Translations under genes and position numbers: made by a program
The notes under the pieces: generated by a model
The model's database searches: none
Told to the model about the DNA's origin: nothing
What the model saw: the letters and a program-made list of their open reading frames with translations, nothing else
In this document: positions 18,476 through 27,656 of the stretch, one piece after another
Numbering within the stretch: the first letter of the stretch is position 1
Layout: each line of letters begins with the position of its first letter
Assembly: GCA_964554685.1 (NCBI GenBank)
Contig: CAZKPR010000005.1
Coordinates: forward strand, 1 to 50,359
DNA from: an uncultured Leptospirales bacterium
GTDB lineage: Bacteria > Spirochaetota > UBA4802 > UBA5550
Reading direction: 5' to 3'
DNA length: 50,359 nt

Positions 18476-20287
18476 TCATCGCAGACCCCGAACCATCGTT
18501 TCCTTGTCAAAAGTAACGACCACGTCGTAGGTGATCTCCTGCTTCGCGCCGGGCTCCATCCCGAGCTTCCACCGCCGGATTCCCTGGGAATACTTCGTGG
18601 TCTTTTTGAATTCATCGTCCTCCGTGAAGGCACGGGAAAGGTTCTCGACGTCGATGCGAATCGCGTCGTTCAGTGAAACAGGGAACACGTCATAGACCAT
18701 GATCGTCTCCCGCTTCTTGAGCTGGTTCTCCATTGAAAGCTTGTAGTGGTAGCGAATCTTGCGCTTCCCTCCGAGTATTCCCGCCGTATCCTCGAATTTC
18801 TTCACCAGTTCCTTTTTAACGATGACGCGCGTCTCTAAGCCCAGGGTCAGCTCGCATACCCTGCCCGGCGGCGAGAACGTCATGGTGATATTGCCCATGA
18901 ACTCGTTTTCGAGAAACACCTGGGCTTCCCCCTCGAGCCAGGGAAGTTCGGTAATGTTCTTCACCTGCGCCTTCATGTACGCGCTGTTCGCCTTTTCCGG
19001 CATGGCCTCGTAAAAGTAGTCGATTTCCCTTCCTGCCCCGAGGTCATATTCCCTGATCAGCTTTTTCTGATATTTCGACGTGGACTCCACGGTCTGGAGC
19101 GCGGGAAGGGATATCTCGAAATAAATGCCCTCTTCCCTCACGGTCACCTGGTCTTCTTCCTGGGCGATCTGTTCCTGGAGGGGAGGCGCCATGCCTTTTT
19201 TATATGCCTTACCTCCCGCCTCGTCCTTTGCCATCTCCTCGCGATCTAATCTTCCCGGCACGACGATGTCAAGGTACCAGGGGTTAAGGTCCGGCGGGGC
19301 AATGGAACTGACGGGCCTGCCCGTGGAAAGGGCCAGGCGTATTCCCTCCCAGTTTTCGCCGGTTTTCTGGTAGATATCACCGTACACCACCATTGTCACT
19401 CCCTTCGTCAGGTACCCGGCCCTCACGTCGTAGCGCATCTGCCACTTCGTCTGGGGTATGACGTAGCTGAAGGTGATCGTGGTCTCCGCATCCGCTGGGG
19501 ATTGGATCGATACGATCAGCCGCTTTTCGATTTCGAGGTTTTCCGTGGGATTGAGGAAGATCCTCTTCTTTTCGCCGTACAACCCGGTGCTGTCGGCATA
19601 CTGCTGGACGTTCATCGCCGAGCGGTTGTCCAGGAGCGCCTTGTTCAGGGTCTGGTAATTGCGGAAGTACCCGGCCCCGGCGATCTGGGAAAGCTCAAAC
19701 TCCCATTTCTGGATCTCCTTTCCGATCTTCTCCCGCTCTTTTTCGATCCTCCGCTTCTCGCGGAGCAGATCCGAGGTCTTCCTCGCGAGGTACTGGAGGG
19801 TGTCGTTCCAGAGGCCCACCTGGGGTATTCTCGTGGCGAGCTCCTTCGAGACGTTCCCGCTGGTGAACTCCATGACGGAATTGAGAAACTTTTCCTGGCC
19901 CGCGATATTCTTCAGCTCATCCACGTGGACCTGGTCCCTCTCGCGAAGCTCCTCGAGCTTTTTCTCGATCGCGACGATGTTCTTCTGGCGCTTCTGCACC
20001 AGGGCCTTCTGCTCGACCTCGAGGGAGAGTATCTTTCCCCCGAAATCACCGGGGAGGCTCCCGCGCACGGACCAGTCGTAGAGCAGGGGGGGCAGGTTGC
20101 CCAGGACAACGGTGTTGACTCCCTTGGCGAGACGCAGGCGGGTCTGCCGCACGATGGTGGCCTGGTTCTGGTACAGCTTCACCGACACGATATCGCTCGG
20201 GCGCGACTCCTCGCCGGTGTCGGCAAGAACCCCCGCGGCGGCGGCCACCAGGCATGCGGCGATCATTTTCTTAATAATACCCTTCAT
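18476..20287 (-). CDS. DUF4140/DUF4139 (MuiA-like, TIGR02231-type) secreted protein with central coiled coil
   Basis: ATG at 20287 (MKGIIKKMIAACLVAAAAG signal peptide) preceded by GGGGGAG. N-terminal VKLYQNQATIVRQTRLRLAKGVNTVVLGNLPPLLYDWSVRG. Long heptad region (EKKLEELRERDQ...). The tracked ORF start at 20380 is probably too early. Confidence 0.7.
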   Translation of the reverse strand: MKGIIKKMIAACLVAAAAGVLADTGEESRPSDIVSVKLYQNQATIVRQTRLRLAKGVNTVVLGNLPPLLYDWSVRGSLPGDFGGKILSLEVEQKALVQKRQKNIVAIEKKLEELRERDQVHVDELKNIAGQEKFLNSVMEFTSGNVSKELATRIPQVGLWNDTLQYLARKTSDLLREKRRIEKEREKIGKEIQKWEFELSQIAGAGYFRNYQTLNKALLDNRSAMNVQQYADSTGLYGEKKRIFLNPTENLEIEKRLIVSIQSPADAETTITFSYVIPQTKWQMRYDVRAGYLTKGVTMVVYGDIYQKTGENWEGIRLALSTGRPVSSIAPPDLNPWYLDIVVPGRLDREEMAKDEAGGKAYKKGMAPPLQEQIAQEEDQVTVREEGIYFEISLPALQTVESTSKYQKKLIREYDLGAGREIDYFYEAMPEKANSAYMKAQVKNITELPWLEGEAQVFLENEFMGNITMTFSPPGRVCELTLGLETRVIVKKELVKKFEDTAGILGGKRKIRYHYKLSMENQLKKRETIMVYDVFPVSLNDAIRIDVENLSRAFTEDDEFKKTTKYSQGIRRWKLGMEPGAKQEITYDVVVTFDKETMVRGLR

Positions 20288-20657
20288 GGCGGTCTCCCCC
20301 TCGCATATGATCGGACAGTGCCCCCGGAGCTCCGGGGACGGGACCCCCGGCATCAGGACCCGCGTGACAAGAATATGCACAAGGATTCACTTCTGTCAAG
20401 GCATTGAAGCATTTCAGGGAATAAAACAATTCTGGTATTCGAGGTCCGATACGTTCAGCCATGTGAAAGCGGCGCACTTGACCGGTTTGTATCTACTATA
20501 TTGAAGCAGGCTCAGTGCCCCCACCCCGCGCCTCTGCGCGTGACCCTTTCGTCACATCGAAAGATGAAGGCACCAAGATTGAACATGCTCCCCCTTTCCC
20601 CCGGGAGAGGGGGCCGGGGGGGTGAGAGCACAACCCTCACGACAGCACCCCGACTTA

Positions 20658-21767
20658 TTATAAGCTCTTCGCGAATCGGAAGCCTACGTCGTCGCTTACC
20701 AAATACGGGTCGTAGCTGGTCCAGAAGCCAACTGGCAGAAAAATTGCTTGGCTCCACCAATTCCCGCCACGCCCTACGCGGCGATCCCCACCGTGAAGCT
20801 CAAAACACCATTCCGATACATTGCCGCTCATGTCGTAGAGGCCCAGTGCATTTGCTCCGGTGGTTTTGCTTTTTACCGTCGCGGTACTCGTTACTCCTGT
20901 CGGCTCCCATGAATCCCCATCCCAGTATTGATAATATACAGCAACAATGTCATTGGCTGATTTTCCCGGTTCGCCGGAACCATCCGTATTGTCATTACAA
21001 TACGTTATCGCCCCACTCGCTGAATCGCCTTTTGTAAAATACGGATCAGTATAGCCGCTCACCGTGTTTGTCGCGTCGTTCCTCCACCGCGCCGCGAGTT
21101 CCCACTCATTGCTTGTGAGAAGGCGAAAGCCCTTTGCCGCGGCTTTCACATAGGGATTGTCCTGGCCACCGGCAGTTCCATCAAACGATCCGGTGTCATC
21201 CGCGCTTCTGATCGGCGAAACATATCCGCTGTCGGTGTAATACGCGCAGTCAAGGTCGGGTGACGACCCGTTATTGGCATTGTACCATTCCGTCAGGGCG
21301 TTGCACCACACAATGGCATGGCGCCAGTTCACGTAGGTCACCGGCTCCTGGCTATTGGTTTCGCTCCCTGGCGTACCGTCATTGCCGGCCCGGGGTTCGC
21401 TTCCGCCAGTAAATGTGAACGTGTACTGGTCTGACCCCCGCGCGGCGTCAGTGGCCCATGTGTATACCTTATACCAGAGCTGGTAGGTTACCTCGGTCTC
21501 GCCGATCAAGTAGGCATTGGCAACCGTAGCCGGTGTGCCTAGATCGTCAGTACCGGTCGGGAACGTTGTGCCGCCGGGCATATTGGCCATGAGAAACGAT
21601 ACGCCGTCGGCGGTGTAGGTTTCCATGTTATAGGGAGACAGGCCACCACCGGCGAGAAGCATGAATAGAAGATTGTTGTTATTGTCCTTCTTCCCCGTCT
21701 CGCATGACAAAAAGGCCAGGGCGCAGATGAGGATAAGCAAAGAAATGAATCGGCATAATGTTTTCAT
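20658..21767 (-). CDS. formylglycine-generating-enzyme (SUMF1/FGE-sulfatase) domain lipoprotein
   Basis: ATG at 21767 preceded by GGGGGGAA. Lipobox LALAFLSC. VTYVNWRHAIVWCNALTEW, FRLLTSNEWELAARW, GLYDMSGNVSEWCFE, GGNWW, VGFRFAKS. G+C is visibly lower than in the neighbouring genes. Confidence 0.8.
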   Translation of the reverse strand: MKTLCRFISLLILICALAFLSCETGKKDNNNNLLFMLLAGGGLSPYNMETYTADGVSFLMANMPGGTTFPTGTDDLGTPATVANAYLIGETEVTYQLWYKVYTWATDAARGSDQYTFTFTGGSEPRAGNDGTPGSETNSQEPVTYVNWRHAIVWCNALTEWYNANNGSSPDLDCAYYTDSGYVSPIRSADDTGSFDGTAGGQDNPYVKAAAKGFRLLTSNEWELAARWRNDATNTVSGYTDPYFTKGDSASGAITYCNDNTDGSGEPGKSANDIVAVYYQYWDGDSWEPTGVTSTATVKSKTTGANALGLYDMSGNVSEWCFELHGGDRRVGRGGNWWSQAIFLPVGFWTSYDPYLVSDDVGFRFAKSL

Positions 21768-22080
21768 GGTTTCCCCCCTGGTAGTATAATGCATGTCATC
21801 ATCCGGTACTGTTTTTGTAATTGCACCGTATCTTCTATTGACAATATAGTTATTAAGTAAAAATATATATGTAAAGCAATTTTTCACCATACATAAAAAT
21901 GAAGAAATCATATATTCAGAGCATTTGTTACCCCAATTCTTACCTGTTCATAAGTGAATTCACTGATGGATGACTCAGGGAGGATAGTCTTTCTGGAAAA
22001 GCGAATTCCGGTTTGGTCGATACTTCTGCGACTATTGGGTGCAGACAGGTAATGTCGGGCCTGAAGGAAATCACGCCCTG

Positions 22081-22120
22081 CCGCCCGGCTCCGGCCCCCT
22101 TAAGGGGACAGGCCGGGCGG
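22081..22120 (-). terminator. strong GC stem-loop downstream of the transporter gene (terminator-like, no clear U-tract)
   Basis: CCGCCCGGC at 22081-22089 pairs with GCCGGGCGG at 22112-22120. An inner CCCCTTAAGGGG palindrome sits between them. It lies 30 nt beyond the minus-strand stop at 22151. Confidence 0.4.
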
Positions 22121-22150
22121 AGATTTGTCCGATGAATGGTAACCTTTGGT

Positions 22151-23659
22151 TTAGAAGAAAATCAGCGTCACGATCACGAAGATCACGAGCAGGATCGGGA
22201 TTGAATACTTGATCATGTACCCGAAGAAGCTCGGCATCTTGATGCCTGATTCCTCGGCGATCGACTTCACCATGAAGTTCGGGGCGTTCCCGATGTAGGT
22301 GTTGGCCCCCATGAAGACCGCCCCGGCGGATATCGCCGCCAGGTAATCGACCTTCTCCACGATGAGCCTGGCCACGGCAGGGGCCTCCGCCGTCCCGGGA
22401 TAGAACTTGCCCAGGGCGCTGTTGAAGAAGGTGAGGTAGGTCGGGGCGTTGTCAAGGAAGCTGGAGAGACCCCCCGTGACCCAGAAATACTGGGCCGGCT
22501 TTTCCGTCGACTTGATCAGGGCGGCCATGGCGCCGTGCTCCCCGGCCTTGAGTATGGCCAGGGCGGGGATGATGGTCATGAAGATCCCCGCGAAGAGGTA
22601 GGCCACCTCCAGGATCGGCCCCCACCCGAACTCGTTGTCCTTCCGTATGCTCTCCTTCGTGGTCTTGAGGGAGAGAAGGGCCACGAGGATCAGCAGGCCG
22701 TCCTTGACGAGATTCTGCACGGTCTGGTGTATGCCGAAGATGTTCACCTCGCCAAGCTTCACCATCCCGCTGAAAAGGACGGCCCCCACGACGCCACCGA
22801 GGTAGATGAAATTATGCGTGCCCTCGATCTTAAGCGGCTCCTTCTCGCCGGTCCCCATGAGGGTCTTGTCCTCTTTCCTGTAATAAATCGTATCGATGAT
22901 GAAATAGAGCGCCAGGAGTATCACCGACACCAGGGCCATGTGCGGCAGGATATGCATGGTCCAGAAGAAGGGGACACCGTGGAGAAAGCCGAGAAAGAGG
23001 GGCGGGTCCCCCAGGGGCGTCAGGGCTCCGCCTATGTTGCTCACGAGGAAGATGAAAAAGACGATGGTGTGGACCTTGTGGGTGCGCCAGGCGTTGGAGC
23101 GTATGATCGGCCGGATCAGGAGCATCGATGCCCCCGTGGTGCCGATCCAGGATGCGATCACGGTCCCGATAAGGAGTATGATCGTGTTGACCGCCGGGTT
23201 TCCCTTCAGGGTCCCCCGTATGTGGATCCCCCCGGCGATGGTGAAGAGCGACCAGAGGAGCAGGATGAAGGGTATGTAATCGATAATGTAGATATGGGCG
23301 ATCTCGTGGACCGCCACGCCCTTGAAGATGATGACGAAGGGCACCGCGAACACCAGGGCCCAGAAGGCGGAAAGCTTCGGATAGTGGTGGTGCCAGAAGG
23401 TGGGCGCCACGAGGGGGAAGAGCGCGATCGAAAGAAGTATCCCGGCAAAGGGAAGCACTGACCAGAGGGGGAGGATGGTTCCGAGTTGTGCGCCGCCATG
23501 GCCATCTTCCGCACCGGCCTCGCCATGGTGCTGGCCTGCTTCAACGGCGGTTTCAACCGCCGCGGTTCCCTTTTCAACGCCCGCTTTCGCCAGGGCGAAC
23601 ACCTGCACCGCGCAAACCATGGCGATGACCGCGATTATGCCAACCGTGTATTTCTTCAT
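22151..23659 (-). CDS. ArsB/NhaD-superfamily ion transporter (relatives are usually annotated sodium:proton antiporter)
   Basis: ATG at 23659 (MKKYTVGIIAVIAMVCAVQVFA) preceded by GAGGAG. About 12 TM helices. LPLWSVLPFAGILLSIALFPL, NIGGALTPLGDPPLFLGF, GNAPNFMVKSIAE. The 128-codon upstream extension in the ORF track looks non-coding. Confidence 0.7.
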   Translation of the reverse strand: MKKYTVGIIAVIAMVCAVQVFALAKAGVEKGTAAVETAVEAGQHHGEAGAEDGHGGAQLGTILPLWSVLPFAGILLSIALFPLVAPTFWHHHYPKLSAFWALVFAVPFVIIFKGVAVHEIAHIYIIDYIPFILLLWSLFTIAGGIHIRGTLKGNPAVNTIILLIGTVIASWIGTTGASMLLIRPIIRSNAWRTHKVHTIVFFIFLVSNIGGALTPLGDPPLFLGFLHGVPFFWTMHILPHMALVSVILLALYFIIDTIYYRKEDKTLMGTGEKEPLKIEGTHNFIYLGGVVGAVLFSGMVKLGEVNIFGIHQTVQNLVKDGLLILVALLSLKTTKESIRKDNEFGWGPILEVAYLFAGIFMTIIPALAILKAGEHGAMAALIKSTEKPAQYFWVTGGLSSFLDNAPTYLTFFNSALGKFYPGTAEAPAVARLIVEKVDYLAAISAGAVFMGANTYIGNAPNFMVKSIAEESGIKMPSFFGYMIKYSIPILLVIFVIVTLIFF

Positions 23660-24084
23660 AAGGCGCGCTCCTCTGATGACTGATAAGAATGGCTCCATTC
23701 CTGCCATCGCCGGTTGGGATTCCGGTCCGCCTGACCCCCGGCAGCGGTTGTTTAATCCGATCAGGGGTCCCTGGGGAAAAACAGGCAGAGCATCAAGCGA
23801 AAGAGTTGGCCATGGGTATATATTGTCAAATACATATTCATTTTTCCCGCAAATTGGTTCCCGATCCTTTCCCCTGAAAGAATTCAATTTTTTATAAACT
23901 GAGCCCAGCCATACCGGTAGATCCATCCCCTCCTTCACGCCTACTTTTCCTTGCGAGGGAGGGAGGGGAGTCACCCTGCAAAATGGGGAGGCATCACCAA
24001 TTTTTGTCATGCCGGCCTGTTTTATTATTGAAGAGTTGGGCACGAATCGTTACATTTGCCGGAAAATCAGGGGCCACGACGCCG

Positions 24085-24282
24085 ATGAACGGTTCAGAAA
24101 AACGATTCAGCCGCCTTGCCGGGAAGGTAATCATTATACTTTTCCTCGTCGCGGCATCGGGATCGGGGATTTTTCTCATGAAAGACCCCGGCACCAGGAC
24201 CTGGGGCTTCGTGCTCTTCATCCTTTCGTTTGTATGGCTGTACGCGTATGTCGTGAAGCGCAGAACAACGGCCGGCAGGTGA
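24085..24282 (+). CDS. possible small two-TM membrane protein upstream of the RND gene
   Basis: 65 aa from the ATG at 24085, with two hydrophobic helices (VIIILFLVAASGSGIFL; WGFVLFILSFVWLYAYVV). Weak RBS and no recognisable family. Confidence 0.35.
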   Translation: MNGSEKRFSRLAGKVIIILFLVAASGSGIFLMKDPGTRTWGFVLFILSFVWLYAYVVKRRTTAGR

Positions 24283-24340
24283 GGGAGGTTTCCCCACACG
24301 CGGCCCGCACTCCGCGCATACCATTTATCCGGATGCCACA

Positions 24341-27300
24341 ATGAAGCGTCTCATAAATTTCTGCCTGAACAACTCGCTCTTCTTCATCATGCTCTTCATC
24401 GGCATATGCATCGCCGGCGTCGTCAACATGTTCGCGGCGAAGAGGGAGGCCTTCCCCAAGATCGAATACAACTACGTGGTGATCAACACCCTCTACGTCG
24501 GCGCCACCGCCGAGGACGTCGAAAAACTGCTCACCATACCCCTGGAGGATCAGCTCCGGGAAATCGACGGCATCGATGAGCTCTACTCCTCATCATTGGA
24601 GGCGCTTTCCCTTATCGTCGTCAAGCTCGACGCGGACCTGGAGAATGTGGACAAGACCGTCAATGACCTGAAAAACGCCATCGACCGCACGGAGGACCTT
24701 CCCGACGATTCGCAGAAGCCGATCGTCACGGAGCTGAGCACGGCCATGACCCCCATCGTGGACATCGCGCTCACGAAGGAAGGGGGCATACCCACGGACG
24801 AGGCCGAATCCGAGCTCCGGAACCAGGCCAAGATCCTGGAGGACCGGCTCCTTGAGCTCCGGGGCGTCGCCCGGATCGACAAAAAGGGCTACCGCGACCG
24901 GGAAATGCACGTCGAGGTCGATCCCGCCCTGCTCAACCGCTACAAGGTGTCAATGGCTGAAGTCATCATGGCCCTCGCCAAGAAGAACGTCAACATCCCC
25001 GGGGGGCTGATTCGGAACAACGGCAGGGACATCCTCGTGCGCACCATCGGCGAGGTGGAACAGATCGGGGAGATACGGAAGACCCTGGTCCGGATGAACG
25101 ACGCCGGCGGCGGGATCACCATCGGCGACGTGGCGCGAATACGCGACTCCTTCGAGGAAGCGACGATAATCAACAAGACCAACGGGGCCAGCTCAATCAC
25201 CCTGACGGTTCTCAAGAAGGAGTCCGCGGACATCATCGAACTGGTTGACCGGATCAAGCGCGAGGTGGCGACCTACAAGAAGACGGCGCCGAAGGAGTAT
25301 ACCGTCAACGTCCACAACGATCTCTCGTATTTCGTGAAGCGACGCCTGGACGTGCTGGTGGTCAACGGCCTCGGGGGATTCATCCTGGTCCTGATCATAC
25401 TGGTGCTCTCCTATGGATGGCGCATTTCGATACTGACCGCCCTGGCGATACCCTTCGCCATGTTCGCCACGATCGTCTGGATGGTGAGCCAGGACGTTTC
25501 CATCAACCTCAACTCCATGTTCGGCCTCATCATGGCCCTGGGGATGCTCGTGGACAACAACATCGTGGTCTCCGACAACATCTACCGGCACCTCGAGGAA
25601 AAATGGCCCCTCCGCGAGGCCGTCGTCAAGGGGACCGCCGAGGTCATGATGCCCATCGCCGCCACGGCCCTCACCACCATCGCCTCCTTCGCGCCCCTCA
25701 TGTTCATGACCGGCATCATGGGAAAATTCATGTGGGTTCTTCCCGCCGTGGTCACCGTGGCCCTCATCGCCTCGTGGCTCGAGTCGGGCTTCATGCTTCC
25801 CGTGCAGATCCACGAGATGCAGAAGCGCCGGAAAAGCACGGTCACCCTTAAGGAGGAGGAGGGGGGGCGGATCTTCAACGCCATCAGAACGCGGTACCTG
25901 TCGCTTCTCAGGACATGCCTCCGGCACCGCTATTTCTTCACCCTCGGCGTGACCGCCGTTTTCATCGGCACCCTCGCCTTCGGCGTCCTCGCCATGAAAT
26001 TCATTCTCTTTCCCACGGGAGGCATCGAGACGTTCGTGATCAAGGTCGAGATGCCCACGGGAACCTCCGTGACGCGCATGAGCGAAAAGATGTCCGAGAT
26101 CGAAAAAGTCGTGGCCACCCTCCCAAAATCCGAGCTCGACTGCTTCACCTCCCGGGCGGGGATCATCCAGGAGCACCCGGGCGACCCTGACACCAAGCGG
26201 GGAAGCAACTACGGCGTGCTCCTGGTGTACCTCACCCCCGAGGAAGAACGAAAGCGGAAGGCCGATGAGATCATGGACTACGTGAGGCTGAAAACAAAGG
26301 CCCTTTCAGATTTCACCAAGATCGAGTTCAAGCCGATCCGGTTCGGACCGCCCACGGGGCCGCCCATCTATATCACCGTCAAGGGGGAAGACTTCGCCGT
26401 TCTGCGCGAAATCTCCGCCATCTACAAGAAACACCTGAAAACCATACCCGGCCTCAAGGACATCAAGGACAATTACGAGCCGGGAAAGGACGAGCTCCGC
26501 ATTTTCGTGGACGACAGAAAAGCGGCCCTGACGGGCATCAGCGTATTCGATGTCGCGACGACGGTGCGCGCCGCCTATGCGGGCAACGTCTCGACCTCGA
26601 TTAAGAAAACAGAGGAGAAGATCGATATCCGCGTGCAGTTCCCCGAGGGACAGCGGAAGAACCTCGACAGCTGGAGATCGATCAAGATAATCAACCGGAT
26701 GGGCAACCTGATACCCCTGGAGATGGTGGCCCGTGTGGAGCGGAAGCAGGGCATCTCGGTGATCTACCGCAAGGGGTGGCGGCGCAACATCAACGTTTCG
26801 GCGGAGATCGACGAGAAGGCGAAGGACGTCACCTCCGTGAGCGTGAACACCATGCTCATGAAGCGCTTCGCGGACATGCCGGACCGGTATCCCGGCTACA
26901 CCGTGGATTACGAGGGGGAATTCAAGGACACCCAGGAATCGATCTCGAACCTGATGCGCTCCTTCCTCATCGCCGCCCTGGCGATATACATCATCCTCAT
27001 CGCCGTCTTCCGGTCCCTGGCCCAGCCGGTCATCATCATGGCGATCATACCCCTCGCCCTGGTGGCCGTGGTCTGGTCCTTTTTCTTCCATGGCCACCCG
27101 ATATCATTCCTGGCCCTCATGGGCGTCGTGGGTCTCGCCGGCGTGGTGGTCAACAATTCCATCGTGTTTCTCGACTTCGTGAACAGCGGGCGGTGCGCCG
27201 GCCTTTCCGCCGTCGAGGCCTCACTGGAGGCCGGGGCAAAGCGGATGCGCCCCATCATACTCTCCTCCCTGACCACGGTCATGGGACTGGCCCCCACGGC

Positions 27301-27652
27301 CTACGGCATCCTGGGAAACGACCCGTTTCTGAAGCCGATGGCCCTTTCCATGGTATGGGGCCTGGCCCTGGGAACCGTCATCACGCTCTTCGTAACGCCT
27401 GTCCTCTACACGATTTTCACGGACCTCTCCGTACGGATATTCAGGCGCGACATGCTGTGCGGTAAAATCGACGTGTCCTATCATGACGACGAAGAGGAGC
27501 GCGCCGCGAGTGAGCGAATCGAATCCCGTATTGCCGGGGAACTCTCCGCGCGCCTGAAGGGGGAAATCACCGATGAGCTCGCCGCGCGGTTCGCCCGGGA
27601 CGACGGCGGTGATTCCACACCGTCGCGACGGAGCGGCAAGAAGAAGCGGTAA
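24341..27652 (+). CDS. RND efflux transporter permease subunit (AcrB/ACR_tran type) with charged C-terminal tail
   Basis: 1103 aa. AcrB-like N-terminus (TM1, then a large periplasmic loop). Repeated 6-TM halves, for example GLIMALGMLVDNNIVV and VVGLAGVVVNNSIVFLDF. About 80 aa of acidic/basic tail. No adaptor (MFP) or OMF gene on either side. Confidence 0.9.
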   Translation: MKRLINFCLNNSLFFIMLFIGICIAGVVNMFAAKREAFPKIEYNYVVINTLYVGATAEDVEKLLTIPLEDQLREIDGIDELYSSSLEALSLIVVKLDADLENVDKTVNDLKNAIDRTEDLPDDSQKPIVTELSTAMTPIVDIALTKEGGIPTDEAESELRNQAKILEDRLLELRGVARIDKKGYRDREMHVEVDPALLNRYKVSMAEVIMALAKKNVNIPGGLIRNNGRDILVRTIGEVEQIGEIRKTLVRMNDAGGGITIGDVARIRDSFEEATIINKTNGASSITLTVLKKESADIIELVDRIKREVATYKKTAPKEYTVNVHNDLSYFVKRRLDVLVVNGLGGFILVLIILVLSYGWRISILTALAIPFAMFATIVWMVSQDVSINLNSMFGLIMALGMLVDNNIVVSDNIYRHLEEKWPLREAVVKGTAEVMMPIAATALTTIASFAPLMFMTGIMGKFMWVLPAVVTVALIASWLESGFMLPVQIHEMQKRRKSTVTLKEEEGGRIFNAIRTRYLSLLRTCLRHRYFFTLGVTAVFIGTLAFGVLAMKFILFPTGGIETFVIKVEMPTGTSVTRMSEKMSEIEKVVATLPKSELDCFTSRAGIIQEHPGDPDTKRGSNYGVLLVYLTPEEERKRKADEIMDYVRLKTKALSDFTKIEFKPIRFGPPTGPPIYITVKGEDFAVLREISAIYKKHLKTIPGLKDIKDNYEPGKDELRIFVDDRKAALTGISVFDVATTVRAAYAGNVSTSIKKTEEKIDIRVQFPEGQRKNLDSWRSIKIINRMGNLIPLEMVARVERKQGISVIYRKGWRRNINVSAEIDEKAKDVTSVSVNTMLMKRFADMPDRYPGYTVDYEGEFKDTQESISNLMRSFLIAALAIYIILIAVFRSLAQPVIIMAIIPLALVAVVWSFFFHGHPISFLALMGVVGLAGVVVNNSIVFLDFVNSGRCAGLSAVEASLEAGAKRMRPIILSSLTTVMGLAPTAYGILGNDPFLKPMALSMVWGLALGTVITLFVTPVLYTIFTDLSVRIFRRDMLCGKIDVSYHDDEEERAASERIESRIAGELSARLKGEITDELAARFARDDGGDSTPSRRSGKKKR

Positions 27653-27656
27653 GGCC

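Noticed and set aside
21785-21790. Perfect TATAAT on the plus strand in the AT-rich spacer as promoter of an unannotated sRNA
   Set aside because: The -35 partner (TTTCAT) is poor, there is no downstream ORF or structured element, and a TATAAT hexamer is expected by chance in 17-40% G+C sequence.
23660-24043. 128-codon N-terminal extension of the ion-transporter ORF
   Set aside because: The extension has no hydrophobic or conserved character and runs through an AT-rich promoter-like region. A signal-anchor Met with a GAGGAG RBS occurs at 23659.
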